Below, one piece after another: positions 27,598 to 53,405 of a DNA stretch of 64,000 nucleotides (the first letter of the stretch is position 1; each line of letters starts with the position of its first letter). Under the pieces are notes generated by a model, which worked only from the letters and a program-made list of their open reading frames with translations, was not told where the DNA came from and made no database searches. The DNA is taken from NCBI RefSeq assembly GCF_009914755.1, contig NC_060928.1; one strand, given 5' to 3'. A program made the translations under genes and the position numbers. This DNA is from the human T2T-CHM13v2.0 reference genome, Homo sapiens.

Positions 27598-28846
27598 TGT
27601 TATGGCTTGAATTATGTTCCCCCAAAATTCATATGTTGAAGTCCTAACCCCCAGTACTCCTGAATGTGATCTTAATTGGAGGTATTCTTTACAGAAGTAA
27701 TCTAGTTGGATTAGTCAGGGTTCTCTAGAAGGACAGAACTAATAGGATAGATATCTACATAAAGGGGAGTTTATAAGGAGTATTGACTCATATGATCACA
27801 AGGTGAGACCCCACAGTAGGCCATCTGCAGGCTGAGGAACAAGGAAGCCAGTCGAGTTCCAAAACCTCAAAAGTGGGGAAGCTGACAGTGCAGCCTTCTG
27901 TCTGTAGTCAAAGTTCCAAGAGTCCCAGAGCTGATGGATGTGGAGTCTGATGTTCGAGGGCAGGAAGCATCCAGCACAGGAGAAAGATGGAGGCCGGGAG
28001 ACTAAGCCAGTCTAGTCTTTTTCTGAGATGGAGTCTCACTCTGTCGCTCAGGCTGGAGTGCAGTAGGCGCGATCTCAGCTCACTGCAACCTCCACCTCCT
28101 GGGTTCAAGTGATTCTTGTGCCTCAGCCTCCTCAGTAGCTGGGATTATAGGCATGCGCCACCACACCTGGCTAATTTTTTGTATTTTTAGTAGAGATGGG
28201 GTTTCATCATGTTGGCCAGACTAGTCTCGGTCTTGAACTCCTGACCTCAAGTGATCTGCCCACCTCGGCCTCCCAAAATGCTGGAATTTACTGGTGTGAG
28301 CCATCACACCCTGCCAACAATCTAGTCTTTTCATGTTCTTCTGCCTGCATTTATTCTGGCAGGCAGATTAGATTGGCAGCTGATTAGATTGTGCCTACCC
28401 AGATTGAGGGTGAGTCTGCCTTTCCCAGTGCACTGACTCAAATTTTAATTTCCTTTGGCAACATCCTCACAGACACCCCCAGGAACAACACTTTGCATCC
28501 TTCAATCCAGTCAAGTTGACACTCAATATTAACCACCACACAAGTTAAAATGGGGGTAATTTGGGTGGACCCTAATCCAATGTGACTGGTGTCCTTATAA
28601 AAAGGAGGAATTTGGACACAGAGATAGCCACAGAGGGAAGATGATGTGAAGAGACACAGGAAGAAGACACCACACAGGCAAGGAGAGAGGCCTGGAACAG
28701 CTGCCTCCCTTGCAGCCCTCAGAAGGCACTAGCCCTGCTGACACTTCGATTTTGGAATTTAGCCTCCAGAACTATGAGATGATAAATTTCTCTGAAGCCA
28801 CCCATTCTGTGGCACTTTGCTACTGTAGCCCTAGCAAACTAATACA
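27598..28846 (+). mobile_element. MLT1B-like MaLR LTR containing an MLT2A-like LTR (27707-28540) containing an antisense Alu (28018-28316)
   Basis: MLT1 ends tgttatgg...ctaataca. MLT2 has 5-bp TSD ctagt/caagt; Alu has TSD tctagtcttt. Confidence 0.75.
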
Positions 28847-30197
28847 GTGAGGTTGGATCAGTTCAACTCAGCAGTGTGTTTGAATCTGTGAATGACCATT
28901 TCACTGCAATCTTCCCAACAATGTGTTTTATAATATCTTAAAATCTCCAAATCTTCAGCACATGCCTGGCTAAAGTAATATTACTGTTTGTTAAATAAAC
29001 AAAGGAATGGTTACATTGAATCTACGAACTTTTTTGCTTTTTTTTTGCAAAAGCACCACCCAGTATTCCCTGTAAGTATCTTTGAAATTATGTCCAGTTG
29101 ACACCGCCTTGCTGTTGACAGTTTGCTCCCCTAACTTCCCCTGCCATTGTCCCCATCCCTCTACCCCCAGCCCAGAATAAAAAAGGATCTTTGTGGTCAT
29201 CTAACTCTACTATCACCATCAGTAGAGGACATCTCTTGCGCATCAGGCCAACTTCCCCTTGAACCCCTTGTCCCCTTAGAGGGGCTAGTTTAGGAAACCT
29301 CTGTTCTCCCACCTCAGCAAATTGCTCAGATCCTGGGTATGGACAAATTGGCCACCCAAAATTGCAAAAGGTAGCTGATTACCCTAAATGCAGGAACTCC
29401 CTGGAAAGCACCCCATGATCACAAATAGTTTTTGCTTGAATGTAGTTGGATGAAGATGAGAATGTGATCCCTGGCAAGTTAGATGCTGTGGGAATACAAC
29501 CCCTGTCCTCAAGGATTTACACAATAGCAGGAAAGAAAATAGGATACTCATTGCTATACTAGGAGGCAGCATTTGTAGTACACACTACGTGAGAGGTATG
29601 AGGGAACAGAGGAAGAAGTTCATTTTGACTGGGGCAGCCAAGTAAGGCTCATGATGATGAACATCAGATGGAGGTGAAGGGAAATACGCTCTGTGCAAGG
29701 TTAACAGTGTATTCCCAAACACACCCTTCCTTGTAAAGTGAGCCTGAAAACAGGCTGACAGTCAGTGGATATACACCAGTGCAAGTGGACCAGTTAGTCA
29801 CAGTCAAAGTCAAACTGTGTTCTCACTGCAGAGAGCCTGGGCCGAACTCTTGTTAAATATTTTGCATATCACCTCTATTGGCAAACCAGTATTTCCTTTT
29901 CTCTGCGTTATCACTTTCTCTTTCCTCTCTCTGCTCCCCTGTCCTCTCCTTTTACCTCCCTTTTCTTTTCTCATTTCTTTTTTTCTTTTTCCTGAACTGA
30001 TGGCAAGAAATAGAAAGTACGGATTTGAAGTTTTACTCATAAACTTTTCTGGGCTTATTTCTAATTATAAAAGTAATAATGCTTGTGAGAAAAAAACACT
30101 AAAACTACAAAAAAAGGTATAAAGCAGAAGAAATTTGAAGTCTTTATTAATCTCATTGAAAACAAACAACTGGATAGCTATTGTCAAAAAGACGAGA

Positions 30198-32286
<2,089 letters not shown>

Positions 32287-32823
32287 TCATATTTTATAAA
32301 TATGTATCTTTGCAATGATGAAAAATGATTTTTCATCTTGCAATGATTTTGCAAGATAAAAAAGTTAAACCATCTTTTCTGAGGTTCTAAAAAGAAATAG
32401 TTACAAACATATAATAATAACATAATTTATTTTCCTGTTGTTGGACATTCATGCTGATCAAAATCTTCACTAAGAATATGAACATCTATCCTTATTTTTG
32501 TTTCCAAAAGTAGATTCTTAGATTAATTTTTGTCCCTTATATCTCCCTTTCTTTGATTAGATCATTGTTCATCATACAAGGAGTGGAGAGTGTATAGTTT
32601 TGACAAAAGTACTCCCGAGGTGATTCTGATAAGCATGCCTCCCTCTCCCCCAACTCCAGTTAAGAAATGTAGGATTAAGGCACTGAAGTCACTCTGTGGC
32701 GACTGGGAGAAAACACGAGAACAGTAACCGTAACAAATGCCTGAATAATTGTGATACTCTTTTCTCACTGAGTTAATTATTCAAGCTCCCTGTGCTAGAA
32801 TTCACAGTCAAAGCAGATGTCCC

Positions 32824-33154
32824 TGAGACAGCCATGTGGGAGAGGGTCCCTGAAGAAACTCCACCCAACCTGCCCACTGAGGTGGAGCCTCGGGAAGTTC
32901 ATGCTGTTTGCAGCAGGGAGGAACCTGGCCCCTCCTCTTCCTGGGTAGAACCTGGGATTCAAACTGCGTGCGGGAAGCGCTCTAGCAGGAGACTCTGGCC
33001 TTTCGGGGGATCCCTGTTTTCCCCCGCTTTTTTCCCTTTTCACCCAATAAAATCCTTTTCTCATCCTTTAAACCGTCTGCAAGCCTACATTTTCGTGGCT
33101 GTGGGACGGATAAGAACCCCCTCTTTGGCGGAATTAAGGAAGAGTCCTGCAACA
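32824..33154 (+). mobile_element. MER61-family ERV1 solo LTR
   Basis: TG...CA ends (tgagacagcc ... gtcctgcaaca), internal AATAAA; resembles the MER61 consensus as recalled. Confidence 0.7.
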
Positions 33155-33334
33155 TCAACCAAGAGTATTTTTGCAGCAGACAGCAGTGGAAAGCTAGCCT
33201 GCTTCTCTGTCTTCCAGAACTTTCCTCCAATGACCAACCTGGAGGGGGTCGTGCCTAGCTAAAGCTCAACTCTGAACACAGAATTCACACAGTATTTCAT
33301 GTTTCTATTGATTATGAAAGGAAACAGATAACTA

Positions 33335-41122
<7,788 letters not shown>

Positions 41123-43529
41123 TTAATTTTATAGCTTACTCTTTGTAATAATAAATCCATGTCCCTTTAAAAATAACAGTTTTTCTCTATTTTTTTCAGG
41201 TCTCCCTTCCATTCGACGTGTGCCTCTTGTTGTCCTGTAATGAATTAATTTGAAAAGTAATTTGTCTTCTGTAAGGGGAAATGCTGTAGAAGTAAATTGA
41301 TTCAGGGAGTCCCCTTACTCATTGGCTGTGTGGCCTTATGTAAGTTGCTTAACCTTTCTGAACTTCACTTTTCTCATTTACAAAGTGAAGATGTTGCTAA
41401 TAATAGCAATAGTGGTTTTTGCTGTTTTATGGTTTTCTTGTGATAAATGATAATATAAAAGGCTATTGTAAATTGAATTTGAAAGAAAAAAATTTAAAGT
41501 TAAAAGAAAACTTAGTAATGTGAATACCCTTTCAAAGTATTTTTAGAAATCTCATTATTGTATATTTAGAAGATTAAAAGACAAGAATTAGAGAACAAAA
41601 ACAATTTTATTTTCTATTTTGAATAATAAATACTATAGAGATAGGTTTGCTCAAAATTGTAAAGCTTGTTTTGTTTTTGGTAAACATTTGAGAACTTAAA
41701 CTTATTATTTGGAAAAAAACATTTTAATAGAAATTTTACTTTTTAAAAGGTTTATGTGGTTTTTAAAAAAAGCAAAAAACATTTGTTTATGACTAATCTT
41801 GAAATTTTATATGTAATTTAAAATGCCATGTAAGCAGGAAGGTACTCATTTAGGAGAAATTACAAAACTACTTCCTTTTCTTTTAAATGATTAAAAAAAT
41901 GCACAGCTACAATAATTTAGGTAATAATAATAATAATGAGAACGCAGCAGGCTTAGTTTGAAACCAGACCTTGCAATCCTTGACTGCACTTGTCACAAAC
42001 ATGTTTTCCTCTAATGATCCTCAAGCATTTCCCACTACCTCTTTCTTTTTGAGCACAGACACTGAATTAATTACCCAGAAACCTCACTTTTTTATTTTTG
42101 AGTACTCCTTTATCTTCCCATGAGAAGAGAAAGCTACTGAGATTGCCCAGGATGTGTTTCCCAGGTATAATTTCCATTTTAAGGGAAAGTTAAGACAGGC
42201 CTTTTAAGAGGTTTGATGCAAAAGCCTCTGGAATCCCTTGTTTTTGGAGTCTGTCTGGAAGTTTGAATTGGCATTGGGTTGGAATCCTCTAAATATGATC
42301 CTATGTAAGCTGAGTAATGAGGAAGATGACTTTGCTATGCTTAGCTGTGGTTCAGTGATTCTCCCCTGAGAATCAACTGCTATAAAAATCACTGGTTATT
42401 ATGTAAAACATTGTGACCGAAGCAGTGACAAGGGTTTATAGAGAAAACTTAGGTAGACTTGCTCAATGAAATTAAGAAAAATAAAAAAGGAACAACAACT
42501 TTTCATCTGGTTCATCTAAATGATAGATGCTCATTACAGAACATTTGGGAAATATGTGGCTGGGCAGCATGGCTCATGCCTGAAATACTCACTTGCCCAC
42601 TGCTCACCTCCTGCTGTGCGGCCCAGTTCCTAACAGGCCACGGGTGGGTACTGGTCTGCAGCCCCAGGACTGGGGACCCCTGACCTAGAGGTTGCCTCTA
42701 TAAACATTGGCATGTGTGTATACAACAAGTTGAATCCAAATTCGTTTTGTAACCTGCTTTTTTCACTTAACAGTATATTGTGAGCATGTTCCCATGTCAT
42801 TAAAGATTTTTTGATTTGCAGTGAGCTGATATTGTCTGCTTCCTAGGACTGAGCCACCAGGATCAAAGAAAGGAAATCATTGCCTTCAAGAAGAACATGG
42901 TTGACTCGTGCCCATACTTGTCTCTCTTTCATTGAGCCCATGACTATTTTTCCTGATAAGTCATGCCAACTGGTATCAAGTCTCATCTGGATGACATATT
43001 TTGTTGTTGTCACTGTTGTTTTTTATCTATGGGCCCAATTGCAATTTATAAATAAGTACTCATTTTCACACAGATATTTTAAGCTGGTTCTTTTCATGAT
43101 AATTGCATCAGTAATAAAGTGAATGAAATTCACAATTTTACTTCACTGACTCAACATTTATCATTTATCTTAAGCAGGGAATACTACCAAGACAAGAAAT
43201 TAATTGGTGAGGAAGAAGGGATATGCTAATCTGAATCTGGCCTCCCAAAGCTTTAGCCAGATTATTCCTGATTTGCCAATAGGTCAACTATAAAATTTCT
43301 CTTGAAGTAAGGAAAACTTAAGGAGTGTGCTGTGTTCTGGTAAGCTGATTTTCTTGACCATTTTTAATACTGTAAATGGAATCTTTAAAAACAAACAAAC
43401 AAAGCCTACATTCATCCAAAGCCAAAAATCTGTACACATTCTGGACATTTGTGCAAAAAAAAATTTAAATGGCTACATGTAATTAAAACGACACTGGTCA
43501 TTTACTTTCCAACTCAGGACATACCCTGA

Positions 43530-46045
<2,516 letters not shown>

Positions 46046-47049
46046 TAAAATAAGACCATTGAACATTAAAATGGCTTTAGGATATTTTTTAAAAGACTTT
46101 ACATTTTTCGTCTTTCTATGAAGGACTTTCCTGACCATCCTTTTTAAATATGCACCCTCCAAGTTTTCTATCCCCCTTCCTTACTTTGCTTTTCTTCTTA
46201 GTAATTAGCTCACTGTAACATATTCTACTACTAGAGTTTCATATTCATTGCTTGTCTTCCTAATACGTAGATATAAACTCAGGCGAGCAGGCTATTTCTG
46301 TTCTTGTTGTTCGCTGCTGTCTCCCTGGCACCTAGCCGAGTGCTCAATAAGTATTATAGCAAGTGTTCAGTAAATATTTGTTGAATGAAAGGATAAATTC
46401 TCATTTATCTTAGGGCATTTGTAACGGGGCAACCAGATGGCTTCAGGAGGCACCTCTGAAGATTCTGCATTGCTCAGATTATGCATAAGGAATAAAATGT
46501 CATTAACAATTTGATTTTAAATTTTCTGTGTCCTTTTAACTCATTGTGACAATAAACACATGACATTAGAATCCTCTGAGTGATGTGTGAGTTTCTGTGA
46601 CTTTATTCCACGTGAATTTGGGCCCTGCCAAAGCTTCTCAAATTTTTCAATTCAACAGTTGTTATTTAAAGAGGGGGTACGGATGGAGGGGGAAAAAAAC
46701 TCCAGAAAGCAAAAATCCAAAAGAGGAGTGGCTAATAACAGCCACTGTGTATTGAGCATTCACTGTATTCCAAGCATGAGTCAGGTTTTTTTTTTTTTTT
46801 TTTAAATAGAACTCTTCCAAGCTAGATATTATACCTGTTTTGCAGTTGGGTAGATCGGGGCCTCATCCTTAGTAATAAGTGGAGCCGGGATTCGAATCTT
46901 GCTTTGTCTGAATCCAAATGTATACTTTCTCCAAAATTTCAGATTGCCTTTCAGTTTAAGCTTCAACCTGTTCCCTCCAGAACAGTGAGGAGATCTGTTA
47001 CTTTGAAAAGATGGCAAATTAACACTCGGTCTGCCCTGCCTTACAACTG

Positions 47050-47143
47050 AAATGTTTGCAACGCCCGCTGTGAGCAGATGTGCTGGGTTGCAGTTACCCT
47101 GTGATGTTTGTGCTCAAACTGAAGATCCCTATCAATGCAACGA
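47050..47143 (+). other. RHOH: Candidate most-upstream non-coding RHOH exon
   Basis: Donor cga|gtaaga at 47144 in Alu-free unique sequence. RHOH is known to have several upstream non-coding exons; start is a guess. Confidence 0.3.
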
Positions 47144-48721
47144 GTAAGACATGAGTTTGAGAAGAAGCAGTGATCACCTTCTTCTTCACTCTTCACGCTG
47201 ATGAATTTCTACATCACTGTGCATGTCCTGTGCTTTGCAGTCATTCCCTAGGAGCTCGGGCCCTTGACCCAAAGATACTGCTCTTACTAACACTACATTT
47301 TAAACTCCTCCTCTGGACTCACTCTCAGAGCCTGCCGCACAATCTTTAAAAACTTTGTCAATGATTGCAAAATCTTTTTCCTTTTAGAGTGGATTTGATT
47401 TTAGGAGACAGCCATTCGGAGCTACATCCAGTGAATAAGGTGGGTTAAAAAGCCATATACTATTTTGAGTCAAAAACAAGTTGTGAACAGAATGCAGATA
47501 CTGGTTTTGTTTTGTAGTTTATTAAGCTGTCTCTCAAGGATATTGTAAAAAGGGTCTAAATGCACTTTGACTCATGTCTGTGATGTTGCAAAAGCGCATC
47601 AACTATCGAGGGACTGCTTTGAAGGGAAACGGTCATTTGACTACATTTGCTCTGCTCTGACAGACTTTTTAGAAAAAGTTGTATCATAACTTTAGAGCCA
47701 CAGCTTGAATTATTACTTTGGGTGCTATCATCTTCCGCAACAAGACTCTGTCTTCTTATGAATTATGGCTCTGCAATAAAACGAACCAGGATGTGAATGT
47801 TTGCTAGATCAATACAGTAATCCAGGGCAAACAAACCAGAATAAACATGGCAGCTGAGAATCCTGAGAACCGAATATTCACTGAAACAAAAAGCAATATG
47901 TTATGATACATTAACATATTTAAAGAGAAAATAAATGATGAGAATAACAGCAGGGGAAATGATGTTTTTATGGTTATGGCAATAAGAGGGAAGCTAGAAG
48001 ATGTTTCAAATGCTATTACCTGGTTAGGGAGGCTGGTTTTTTTTTTTTAATAATGAATTAAAATGCATAAAGAGGAAATCACCCATGAGATTTCTAGCCT
48101 GTGGCATTTTGAAGCTATTTCAATATTCAGCATTTAAAAAGTATTTTATATGAATGTATTTTTACACTAAAAGTTACATCAGAATTAAGATCATTCTCTT
48201 AACATTTTATAGTTCCCATCATGAAATCTCTCAATCAGAAAGAAAGGATATTTTGTTTTAATACAGTTGTTCATCATCCAGTGGGGAGCTGGGTGAGAAT
48301 AATTGCAATACGACTAATGGCCTGAGTTTGAAATTCAAAGCCTTCAGACAAGGTTTTAGTACATATTACCTATCTTCACAACTCACTGAAATATTTTATT
48401 AGGTGGCATAAATGAGGGTCTGTGTAAACATTAAAAGCTACCCACTGAATCTACATCATTTCTGTTAATATGCTAATAGCAAGGGGGAGGGAAAGGCATC
48501 TTACTAACCCAGCGTTGAAATAATTTAGTAGATGACTCAAGTCTCAAGGTTTCTAAGATTTACTATTCATACAATTACAATTGTCATTAAGAGTTTTCGC
48601 TGGCGTAAGTGGCACAACACCTTTGCAATGAGCAAACATAGTACTTATGCATGAGTTCAGGGTACACAAGTAGTTGTCATATTATTTAAAAAACCTCAAT
48701 AAAAGAGGTCTTTGTTCACAG

Positions 48722-48790
48722 GAGAATATTAAAGTAAGCTGTTCTTTTGCCATATCAGAGAACATTTCTGATGAAGGTGGTTTTGAGAAA
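48722..48790 (+). other. RHOH: Candidate small non-coding RHOH exon
   Basis: tttgttcacag acceptor (AG ends 48721) and aaa|gtaagt donor at 48791. Confidence 0.35.
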
Positions 48791-49574
48791 GTAAGTCTTT
48801 GCTTTTTCACCTTGACCTGAAGGGGACCGTTTGCACAGGGAATCCTGGAGGGGGCATGTTTAGGGCCAAGAAAATGGGCCTTGGGGCTCTGGCTGCTCCT
48901 CGTTGCCCACGGTGGTTCAGTTCTCTCTGTGGGGAGGCAGCGGGAGTGACAGCCAGGACAGATGAATGGGGTGAATCTTGGTTCTGGTTTTCTTAGGCCA
49001 TAGGGTCTTATGCAAATCATTTAACCAGCTGAAGTCTCTGTTTCCTTGGCTGTTAAAATAGGGTTTAAAGTGTTTACCATAAAGGGCAGCTGTGAGGCTG
49101 TGAGATGGGAGAATCAATCTATTTATTGGTCAGAAAGTGGTTGTTCAGTACCTTGGATTTCTGAGTGGGCAAGGCTGGACCCTGAGCCCTGGGACCTCTG
49201 AAGTGAACACTGCAGGGCCATTTGGTGAGTGCTCTGGCCGTGTTAACACGACGTGCTATGGAGCCCTTGGGAGGGCACCTCACTGGGCTTGCAATGGAGG
49301 TGGGTGGTGGCTACAGATGGCTTCCTGGAAGATGGCTCAGAGGGGGGCTCTGATTCCCAGTTACGAACTGTGGACCCATGGTTTCCCTCCTCCTGCCACT
49401 CTGAAGTCCCCAGGATTTCTCCCAACCCCATCCCAAGGACAGACTGCACAGCGTCAGAAGGGACACGCCCTGGGGCTTGGGTGCGTGTATGTCTGTGAAT
49501 GTTTGCATGTATTTTCAGCGTTTGCTTCCTCCCCTCACCACTACCCCTGTCGGTTAAAAGTCTGTTAAAAGAAT

Positions 49575-49577
49575 GAG

Positions 49578-49614
<37 letters not shown>

Positions 49615-49660
49615 GAGGGGCGGGGTGGGGGAGGAGGGGAGTGGGGAGAGAGAAAGAGAG
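49575..49660 (+). repeat. (GA)n microsatellite plus G-tracts
   Basis: Directly visible. Confidence 0.9.
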
Positions 49661-49913
49661 AAACACCAAAAAGACATTTTCAAGGAAGGAAGAAAATTAG
49701 ATGGCAACCCCCTGTCCCCTCCCCCTAAGAAAATCCTCTCTGAGATTAAACTGTGTGAAGATTAGAGGCGTGTAGGTCAGGAGCAGGAGGAAGCCCAACG
49801 CTGGACTGTACCAGATCATCTAAAACTGGCAATTCCAGGCACAGAAAACCAGTTCTTCAGAAGCAGAAGGGTGGTCAGCCAGGGGGTGAAAGGGACAGGG
49901 GTCTCGCAGCCAG
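49575..49913 (+). other. RHOH: Alternative non-coding RHOH 5' exon with GA/G-rich promoter
   Basis: Donor cag|gtatga at 49914, preceded by (GA)n and GC-box-like GGGGCGGGG. 5' boundary uncertain. Confidence 0.55.
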
Positions 49914-50308
49914 GTATGACAATGCCCTTCCTAGTCCTTTCCAGGATGGGGTGGGACACACCCAGTCCATCCTGACTCTGGAGTACGTCTCCACTTTCGT
50001 GCAGAAAATGGTACAAGGCCTGAGGCCTGGAGCTCGTTATAAATCATGCTGGTGGCGTTTCTTGCTTTGTTTCCCAAAGGGCAGAGCCTCATCTCCCCTT
50101 CTACTTAGGAGATGGAGGGGATCTGTCCATACAGGCAGCTGTCCTTGTCTGACTCCTCTGCTTTCTGAAGGGGAGACATTGTCCCCCTTAAAGGACACTG
50201 GATCTCCTGTTGGAGGGGCAACCAATTTTGAACTCTTTGCCTCTTTAAATCTTTTAGAAACTTGGATGAGAGAAACTTTTTATCCTGAATTTTCTGAAGC
50301 ATATCTGA

Positions 50309-51856
<1,548 letters not shown>

Positions 51857-52899
51857 TCCCACAGAGGATTTTCTAGGAGATAATGTGCTCTTCAGAAGGC
51901 TCGAGGATCTCAGCTGGCAGATTGAGTTCTTACTGTGCATTAACAAATTGACACATGGGTTCATGTGGAAGTCTTGTGAACTTGGTAATTGGGTGTCTAT
52001 TGATAAGAATGCTCACCTTGTACCATTGATTCCCTCTACAACTATGCTGCAAGCACAGTCATCTGCTTTCACTTCTTTGAACATGCCAACCTCTTTCCCA
52101 CCTCAGGGCCTTTGCACATACTATTTGCCTCTACGTGGAATGTTCTTTCCTCCTTCTCATCCATTAGAGTGGCAGCAGTACTTTAGAATAATCAGAGGGG
52201 TTTAAAATAATATTGATGTCCGGTCCCAACCCAGCTCAATTAAACTCAAATCTTTGAGTGTGGGGCCGATGCACTGATAAAATAAAATAAAAGGCATGGA
52301 GTTGACTTTATCCTTACGGTCGGCAGGTATTTTGACCAAGCTATCACCGTGAGCAGTAGCATCAACAGTTAGTTATTCAGGGATTTGGGGCACAGGCGGT
52401 TGTGACCACATCACAAAAGTTCAATTTGTTGGGTTAGGCGTTTAGCCATAACCTAAGTAGTTGCAGATGGTCTCTACACCTGGATTGCCCATTAGGACAA
52501 AACAAGTAAACTTGTGTTTTTAGGCAAATAATGAAACTCTGAGGAGTCTGAAAAAACAACTCATCGCCAGGTAACTCCCAGCCCAGGTGCTCGTCCATAC
52601 AGGGGTGAACGCACGGCAGGGGGCTGCTCGAACTCTCACTAAGCCTGCCTCTGTTCTTTGCAAAATATTTGATAGTTTTTAATGCAGCAAAGCGAAGCAG
52701 ACAATCCACCTCTTGTTTTCCCCAAGCTGATGGGGGGAAAGTTCTAAGGTGTTGTTTCCTAAGCTCAAATTAACCAAGATTGGTCAGTGGCATGGACTTT
52801 TTTTTTTTTTTTTTTTGGTAATTTTACTTCCATGAGGAATCATTTGGACTCTTCAGTCTTCCTTTCTTCAGTTTTACGTAGGGCTTTGCTGGAGGAAAA

Positions 52900-53130
52900 T
52901 GGGGCTAAGGGGGAGAGAAACATAGTCTCGGAGTAGGGTGGGGGATAAATTAAACGCAAACCCAGCGGTGCGGCAAAGGCCTTATTCTGCCTCTGATCTG
53001 GGGAAGTTTCATATTCTAATGGAGAGAAACGCACGTGCACACACACCCCCCTAAACCCACACAAATGAAACCCCCTCTGCGGAGAAGCCGGCTACAGGAA
53101 ATTGACTTAGGCACAGGAACTTGCTAATCT
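52900..53130 (+). promoter_or_regulatory. RHOH: Main TATA-less RHOH promoter
   Basis: kB-like GGGAAGTTTC 53001-53010, CACGTG 53032-53037, tandem ETS ACAGGAAAT 53094 and ACAGGAACT 53113 flanking an AP-1-like TGACTTA; local CpG enrichment. Confidence 0.65.
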
Positions 53131-53405
53131 CTTTTGTCACATTCGGATTGCTCCTGCTGCCCCACACACACTAACCCAACCATCTTGGGGTGGACTCCCT
53201 GCCAGCCCAACTGTTGTATTTTCAGTTCTTCCAGTGTGAATCAGTTAATATTCTCGGGAACGAGGGAGAGGTTGATCCTATGAGGAAATCAACCACAGTG
53301 AAAAGGCTTGGGCCGCTTTTGTTTTCACCTCCTTTTGTTGAACAAATTTGATTTCCGGAGTCAGTCATTTTACTGTCAAGACATTTCTTCGGCATTCTGC
53401 AACAG
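53050..53405 (+). other. RHOH: Main non-coding 5' exon of RHOH (TTF)
   Basis: Matches the RHOH/TTF mRNA 5' UTR as recalled (...acatttcttcggcattctgcaacag). Strong donor cag|gtaagg at 53406; known N4BP2-RHOH synteny. TSS approximate. Confidence 0.85.

Noticed and set aside
32824-33154. p53 response element expected in some MER61 LTRs
   Set aside because: No paired RRRCWWGYYY half-sites are visible in this copy.
32792-33262. 156-aa ORF
   Set aside because: Almost entirely inside the MER61 LTR, non-ATG start, no recognisable domain.
49137-49707. 143-aa and 154-aa ORFs on opposite strands near the RHOH upstream promoter
   Set aside because: GC-rich promoter/microsatellite sequence with no domain similarity or splice support.
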